From Heterodontus francisci (Eukaryota), in contig NW_027141093.1 of the NCBI RefSeq assembly GCF_036365525.1, positions 4,340,001 through 4,404,000 of the forward strand: a DNA stretch of 64,000 nt. Reading direction: 5' to 3'. Position numbers and translations under genes: made by a program. Positions 56,655 to 64,000 of this stretch are shown here, one piece after another. Below the pieces are notes generated by a model, which saw only the letters and a program-made list of their open reading frames with translations, was not told the origin of the DNA and ran no database searches. Within the stretch, counting starts at the first letter, position 1; the number at the start of each line of letters is the position of its first letter.

Positions 56655-57755
56655 TAAGAACATAAGAAGATACGAAATAGGACAGGAGTAGACCATTTGG
56701 CCCATCAAGCCTGCTCTGCCACTCAATAAGATCATGGCTTTTCTGATTGTGGCCTTAACTTCTCTTTCCTGCCTGCCCCCATAACCATTGACTCTGTTGT
56801 AGATCAAAAATCTGTCTATCGCTGCGTTGAATATATTCAATGACACAGCCTCCACAGTCCTCTGGAGAGCAGATTTCCAAAGATGAACAACCCTCTGAGA
56901 GAGGAAATTCGTCCTCATCTCCTTCTTGAAAGAGAGACTGCTTATCTTAAACTCTGGCCCCTAATTCTATAATCCCCCACAAGGAGAAACGTCCTCTCAG
57001 CATCTACATGTCCAGCCAACTGAGAATCTTACTGGTTTCAATAAGATCACCACTCAATCTTCTAAACTCCAGTGAGTATAGGCCCAACCTGCTCAACTTT
57101 TTCTCATAAGACAATCCAACATCCCAGCAATCAGTCGACTGAACCTTCTTTGAACTGATTCCAATGCAAGTATATTCCTCCTTATCTAAGGAGACCAAAA
57201 CTGTATGGAGTTGGGATGTCACTAATGCCCTGTAAAGTTAGAGCAAAACTTCCTTACTTTTAAACTCCATTCCCCTTGCTAAAAATGCCAACATTCCATT
57301 TGGCTTCCTAATTACTTACTATAGCTTCATGCTAACATTTTTGTAAATCATGTACCTGGACACCCAGATTCCTTGGTGCAGCAGCATTCTGCAGTCTCTC
57401 TCTATGTAAATAATATTTTGTTTTTCTATTCTACCTGCCAAAGTAGACAATCTCACATTTCCCCATATTATACTCCATCTGCCAAAATGTTTTCCCACTG
57501 ACTTAACCTATCTATATCTCTTCGCAGACACATTGTGTCCTCCTCACAACTTGCTTTCCTACCTATCTTTGTACCATCTACAAATTTGGCAACAATATAC
57601 TTGGTCCCTTCATGCAAGTTACTAATATAGACCATAAATAGTTGAGGCCCCAGCACTGTCCCTGTGGCACTCCATTAGTTACAGTTTGCCAATCTGAAAA
57701 TGCTCCATTTATCCCAACTCTCTGTTTTCTGTGAGTTAGCCAATCCTATATCCAT
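56655..57755 (-). mobile_element. CR1/HER1-type LINE fragment
   Basis: Paralog of 31515-32620. Confidence 0.82.
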
Positions 57756-58597
57756 GTGCGTGTAGTTTTCAGTTTGTATCTGTCAATGCCTGGTACTCTA
57801 TGTGAGTTTTGGACTCTTTCTCAATCTCTCAGTGCTGCTATTTGTGTGTTAGGTTGCTTTAGATGACTCGGGCTGAGGTACTGTGAGTGAGTGCAATAAT
57901 CAACCTATACTTTTCAGCATCTGGCACTGAGCCTGTGTATCAGCATCACTTTATCTGTCAGTATCTGGTACTCTGTGTGAGTGGGGGATTCATTATATAA
58001 CCTTCCGTCCCTGGGACTGTTTGCAAGTCTGGATTCATTCTGCATAAAATGTCAGCACAGCAACAGGCCACAGATGTGGTCGGTTTTAAGCAGACAATAT
58101 GTTTGAAGTTTTGCCAAGTATTAAATATCTGTCACTGTGAACATAATAGCGAAAGATAATGTATCTTTCAATCTGATACAGGATTGATGTGCAAATGTAA
58201 CTCAGGCTGTACTAATCAATTTGATCAATGCAATTCAGTCTGACTCTGAGGGAGAATCTTGGACTTGTGTGTAAAATGAGCTCAGTCTGGAATTGTCCAG
58301 TATCTTCCATCTGACACTATGAGGTTTTAGGACTGGTATGTAATTTATAGCTCAGACTAAACTCATCAAATTTATAATGTATCTTTTAGTTTCACAATCC
58401 GGATGAGTTTTAAACTGGAATCTGAGTTTGTATCTCAGGTTATATGATATTTCAGAATCTCTCAATCTGATTATGCACTTCAGATTTGCACTTGTATCTA
58501 ATGTATATGCCTGGACACATTATGGGAATTAATACTGATAATAAACTGATAACATGTGTAAATATTGGGCTGGTATTTAACTTGAATCTCAGATTAT

Positions 58598-58943
58598 ATT
58601 AGTTTAGTTTAGAGATACAGCACTGAAACAGGTCCTTCGGCCACCGAGTCTGTGCCGACCATCAACCACCCATTTATACTAATCCTACACTAATTCCATA
58701 TTCCTACCACATCCCCACCTGTCCCTATATTTCCCTACCACCTACCTATACTAGGGGCAATTTATAATGGCCAATTTCCCTATCAACCTGTAAATATTTT
58801 GGTCATGTGGGAGGAAACCGGAGCACCCGGAGAAAACCCACGCAGACACAGGGAGACCTTGCAAACTCCACACAGGCAGTACCCAGAATTGAACCCGGGT
58901 CGCTGGAGCTGTGAGGTTGCGGTGCTAACCACTGCACCGCCCT
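58598..58943 (-). mobile_element. Near full-length HE1/V-SINE-type SINE
   Basis: Head gggcggtgcagtggttagc..gggttcaattc, V-domain and (taaac)n tail; absent at paralogous ~33450. Confidence 0.88.
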
Positions 58944-61074
58944 TAATTCTATAACTTTGAAAAGGGAACCATGTGTCAGTTCTATGTGTATTTAATTTGT
59001 AGCTGAGGTTGCTCGCTTGTGGGATTGACAGACTGATAATTTGATAGTGGGTGAGGATTTGGACTGGGATTTATGAATCTACCTGTCAGTGGTACTGAGT
59101 TGGGGTGACATGGAAACAACGTCTGTCTCTCCTGTTCTGTTTGATTGATGGATTGAAAATGTGTCTCTGGATCTATTTCTGCTGTCTGAGACTGTGGAAC
59201 TGATGACCTGTCTGTGTCTCTGCACTCTATGAGTGATAATGTACGGACTGTGTGTGAGAAGGAGCTGGTGACACTCTTCCTTGTAACCTGGGTGGAGGAA
59301 ACATCACATTTATTCTGGTTCATTCAATTATTTGTCTGTTTGAACAAAAGTATGTTTATAACTAAAATACAGGTGAGATAGAAGATACAGGATTTTAATG
59401 AATTTAATCTCTCGAATAATAATGAGCCCCCACAAAGGAAGCCCAGTCATACAAATATTATCATTGTTTGACTGCACTGCAGTAATAGGTTCTTCCCATT
59501 CTGTCCCCTTTCCCCGTCGACACACAGCCTGAGAATGGCCTCTCCCTTCCCCCACTCACCCCATGTTCCGGGACCAGTTGATTCTCCACTCCGCCTCTTA
59601 CAAACAGCCCCCGCCTGCCCCTGAACTTGCCCCGGACTCGAAGCTGATCTCTGAGTCTATCTGCGGACACGCTCCCAAAGCGATGTGCTGCTGCAAGGAG
59701 GCTGCTGTTTGCTCCCTTCCACCGGGACCGGGATCTCTCCATTCGCGACTGTTTTAAACCATCTTCTTCCGCTCACAGGCAGTGCTGAGGGAGGGGAGCG
59801 CAGGCGCAGATTCAGGCAACAATTCCGCAAACAGAAACATGGAAAAATTCCGGCACAGAATGAGGCCATTCGGCCCATCATGTCCGTGCCAGCGCAAAGA
59901 GAGCGATCCAGCCTCATCCCACAGTTTCTTGTTATTGGACAGTGAAGTGTGGAAACAGAAGCGGACAGTCAGGATGTGGGGAGTTACACAAAGAGAATCT
60001 ATTATAGGCACCAGGTGAGAAGTGTGAAGGACACATTTTAAACAGTGGCTGTTTGGTTTCACCTGAACGGTTAGACCATGGGAGCGGGAACTGGAAATCT
60101 GACCTGTGTAAAAGTCCCTGTTCCGTCGGTCAGTCCCATTCATGGACCAGTGGATTGTTTCTGGATGTCATTTAATTGTTGTAAAATGGCCAAAGCCTCT
60201 GGTATGCAGTCGCTGGGGGCTGAAGGACTGCAGTGGAATCAGACACTGACTCTGTTTGTATTGCTGGCTTTCCTTTGTGATTGTTCATAATGATTATTCA
60301 TTCAAAGATTGTTTTGGTCTCTCATGTAACTTCCACCACACCTCTTCCTGAATTATAATAAATACTTTTTCTTTCTGCAGGCAAATACTTGAAGGAAGCT
60401 GAATAAATATAATGATGCCTCAGCACAAGGGGAAGTGCAGCCGGCTTCTCACACACAGTAAGTACAGTATCATTCAGAGAGAAAAGAGACATCAGTTCCA
60501 CAATCACTGCCAGCAGTACTAGTCAGACTGGCACTGATCCCAAGTTCCAGAGACTAACAGTCAATCCAACAGTCACACAGAGCATGACAGACTGAAGTTG
60601 TTTCCATTTCACCCCAACTCTGTCCCACTGACAGGTAGATACATCAATCCCAGTACAAAATCACACCCACTATCAGATTGCAAGGCACTGTGTCACTCTC
60701 ACAAGACAGCAGCCTTAACTACAAATTCAATGTCAGATAGAACAGACAAACAGTACCTGATTGTAAAGTACAGAATTAATCTCAATAATGTACCCAGACT
60801 GCAGAATGAGCTCCATGTTACACACAACTCCACAAATCTCACAAGTGGTCAGACTGGAGGATACAGTATTCATTCCATTACTGCAAACTGAATGCACTGT
60901 TATCTACCAGGACATAAAACATATCGTAAAATGAAAGGACACAGACCTGAAATGTTAATTGTGTTTCTCCCTCCACAAATGCTGCCTGAACTGCTGAATA
61001 TTTCCAGAATTTTTGTTTATTTCATATTTCCAGCATCTGCAGACTTTTGCTTTTATTTTAGAGTTAAAGAAACA

Positions 61075-62240
61075 TTGCATTGTGAGGTGGGAGTGACTGC
61101 CCTTGACATCAAGGCAGCCTTTGACGTGTATGGCAACAAGTAGCCCTAGCAAAACCAATGTAAATAGAAATCGGGGCAAAATGCTCTGCTGTTTGCAGTC
61201 ATACCTAGCACTAAGGAAGATGGCTGTGGTTGTTCAGGTCAATCATCTTAGTCTCAGGACATTACAGCTGGAATTCCTTAGGCTAGTGTTCTAGGCCCAA
61301 CCATCTTCAGCAGCTTCATCAACGACCTTCCCTCCATCACAAGGCCAGAAGTGTGGATGTTTTCTGATGATTGTCCAATGTTCAGAACCATTCATGACTC
61401 CTCAGATACTGAAGCAGCCCATGTCCAGATGCAGCAAGACCTGAACAACGTCCAGGCTTGAGCTGATAAGTGGCAAGTAACATTCGCGTCAGATAAGTGC
61501 CAGGCAATGACCATCTGAAACAAGAGAGAATCTAATCATCTCCCCTTGATGTTCAATGGCATTACCATCACTGAATCCTCCACCATTAACATTGACCATT
61601 GGTTACCATTGAACAGAAACTGAACTGGACTAGCCATATAAATGCTGTAACTGCAAGAGCAAGGTCAGAGGCTAGGAATTCTGCGGCGAGTAACTGACCT
61701 CCTGTTTCCCCACATCCGTCCACAATTCACAAGACACAAGTCAGGAGTGTGATGGAATACTGCCCACTTGCCTGGATGAGTGCAGCTCCAACAACACTCA
61801 AGTAGCCTGTTTGATTGCCCACATCCACGACCTTCAATATTCACTCCATTCACCACTGATGCACAGTGGAAGCAGTGCGTACCAGCTAAAAGATGCACTG
61901 CAGCAACACACCAAGGCTTCTTCGACAGTACCTTCCAAACCTGGAACCTCTACCACCAACAAGGACAAGGGCAGCAGATGCATGGGAACACTACCACGTG
62001 CAAGTTCCCCTCCAAGCCACACACCATCCTGACTTGGAACTATATCACCATTCCTGCACTGTCGCTGGGTCAAAATCCTGGAACTCCCTTCCAAACAGCA
62101 CCGTTGGAATTCCTACATCTCAAGGACAACAGCATCTCAAGAAGGCAGCTCACCACCATTTTGTCAAGGGCAATTTGGAATGGGCAATAAATGATGTCAT
62201 AGCCAGTGATGCCTACCTCACATGAACAAATGAAAAAAGT
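61075..62240 (+). mobile_element. CR1/L2-group LINE 3' part
   Basis: Paralog of 35600-36770. Confidence 0.8.
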
Positions 62241-63874
62241 GAGGAAATAGTGAAGGACTTCTATAGAATACATGCAGATATGTTTCCTCTTGTGGTGGTG
62301 TCTGAAACAAGAGCCAAAAATATAAAATCGACATTCATAAAACCAATGAGGAATTCATGAAAAATGTATTTATGTAGTGAGTGGTTAGAATCTGGAATTT
62401 GCAACCACAGGGAGAGGTCGAGGCGATAATATCGATGCATTTAAGGGGAGGTGGAACAACTGTATGGGAAGAAAGGAATTGAGGCTTTATTTTTTTTTAT
62501 TTGTGCATCTGAAGCAGGATGGCTGGAAATATATGTAGAGCATAGAGCAGTTGGGACGATCCCAGTGCAGTGTTTTGTCTGGATGGATCTGCCCAGAACA
62601 CTTGTGATGCAGGAGCTGGGAGCTTCAGTACTTCAGTGGAGACAGATACTGACACTGGTTTTCATTTGTGGGTGTTTTTAATGATTATTAATTGCGAAAT
62701 TAAATTCACCTCTTTGATATTTTGCACCTTCCCGGTTCTTGAGTTAAGACATATTTTTTCTTCATACAGGCAAATACTTGAAGGTATTGTGATGAATGTG
62801 ATGGTTGCTGCACTCGACGCACAAGGAACAGTGCAGCCAGCTCCTCTCACACACATTAGGTACATTATCACTCAGAGTACAGAGGGATAGACAGTTCATC
62901 AGTTCCCTAGTCTCAGACTGCAGAAGTAGTCAGGCCCACATTGATCCCGAGTTCCAGAGGCACACTTTCAATCCAACAATCAAACAAAGCAGGAGAGAAA
63001 TAAGTTGTTTCAGTTTCACCCCAATTCAGTCCCATTGACAGTCAGATACCTCAATCCCAGGTCAAAGTCACCCTCATTAACAGATTGAAATACAATGTGT
63101 CAATCTAAATATAATCCAGACTTAGCTATCAATTAAATATCATATAGAATTGGCACACAGTATTGATTGAATGGCACAGAATCTAACGTAATGCTGTACC
63201 CTGAGATTTAAATTAAATACCATACTCAAAGCTCACATCCATTCATGATAAAGGATGTTTAAACATCCCCATAGTGTACCCTGAGATACAAGTTACATAC
63301 AAGTTCATCATTCATTGCAGAGAAAGTTTCTAAGGTGCTGAAAGATATTGTAACCTGAGACACAAATTAGATACCAGTTCAGAACTCCCCCACACTGTGA
63401 AATGGAAAGATACAGAATCAATTCCATTCGTGTAGATTGATCTAAATATTATATACCATTCTAAAAACTCATACAATATCAAACTGAAATACAGTATCAA
63501 TTCAATGAATGTAGATTGATCTAAACATTGCCAGTCCAAAAATAAAACAGTATTAGATTAAGTAATGCTGACAGAAAGTGCAAACTGTGATGTAAATTTG
63601 ATGCCTGAATTCACCCAGACTGCAGAATTTAAAAATACAGTCGACTGAGATACACATTATTTACCCGCCAAAAACATCTCAGACATTATCAGTGTGAAAT
63701 AGATTATCAATTCCATTTGTGTAGATTGAAATCCACAGAACAAACCAGTAAAAAATCTCGTACAGCGGTATGGTGGTTTTGTGGTGACATTACAGGACGA
63801 GTAATCCTGAAGTCTCCACTAACGGTCCAGAGAAACAAGTTCAAATTCCATTACAACAGCTGGGTAATTATAGT

Positions 63875-64000
63875 ATCATGGAATCAAAGAAAGTTTAAGG
63901 CACAGAAAGAGGCCACTTGGCCCACCCCGTGTCTGTGCCAGATGAAAAACTTTCCACCCATTCTAATCCCACTTTCTAGCATTTGGTCTGTAGCCCTGCA
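63875..64000 (-). mobile_element. CR1-type LINE 3' tail (continues beyond the window)
   Basis: ggcacagaaagaggccacttggccca, the reverse of a CR1-type tail. Confidence 0.55.

Larger units (their letters stand above)
54370..63500. repeat. Direct segmental copy of ~26190-38760
   Basis: Same order: H2B, RTE remnant, CR1, GC core, L2/CR1 and modules; differs in private insertions and deletions. Confidence 0.85.

Overview
Eukaryotic, repeat-rich DNA, very likely from a shark or other cartilaginous fish (HE1/V-type tRNA SINEs, HER1/CR1 LINEs, Penelope and RTE relics, MVEEKK-type H2B). The window holds a decaying replication-dependent histone cluster. Two paralogous H4(+)/H2A(-)/H2B(-) units lie at about 1.0-12.2 kb and 51.1-55.1 kb. 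A convergent H2B pair sits at the centre of a ~15.6 kb inverted duplication, and a third, direct copy of that block lies at 54.4-63.5 kb. No H3 or H1 is present. Main signal: one Tx1-clade (L1 group) non-LTR retrotransposon family has inserted three times independently, always in sense orientation, at histone start codons. Two insertions share the identical nucleotide inside the H4 ATG (AT|GTCTGGCAG) and were later amplified into a 2197-bp tandem array by unequal crossover. The third lies just after the H2B ATG. This suggests a histone-targeting, promoter-capturing retrotransposon, although one copy of the family lies outside histone genes. Also notable are two RTE elements with twin-priming-type 5' inversions and a repeated CpG core with divergent exon-like modules. 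Coordinates were read by eye; repeat boundaries are approximate.
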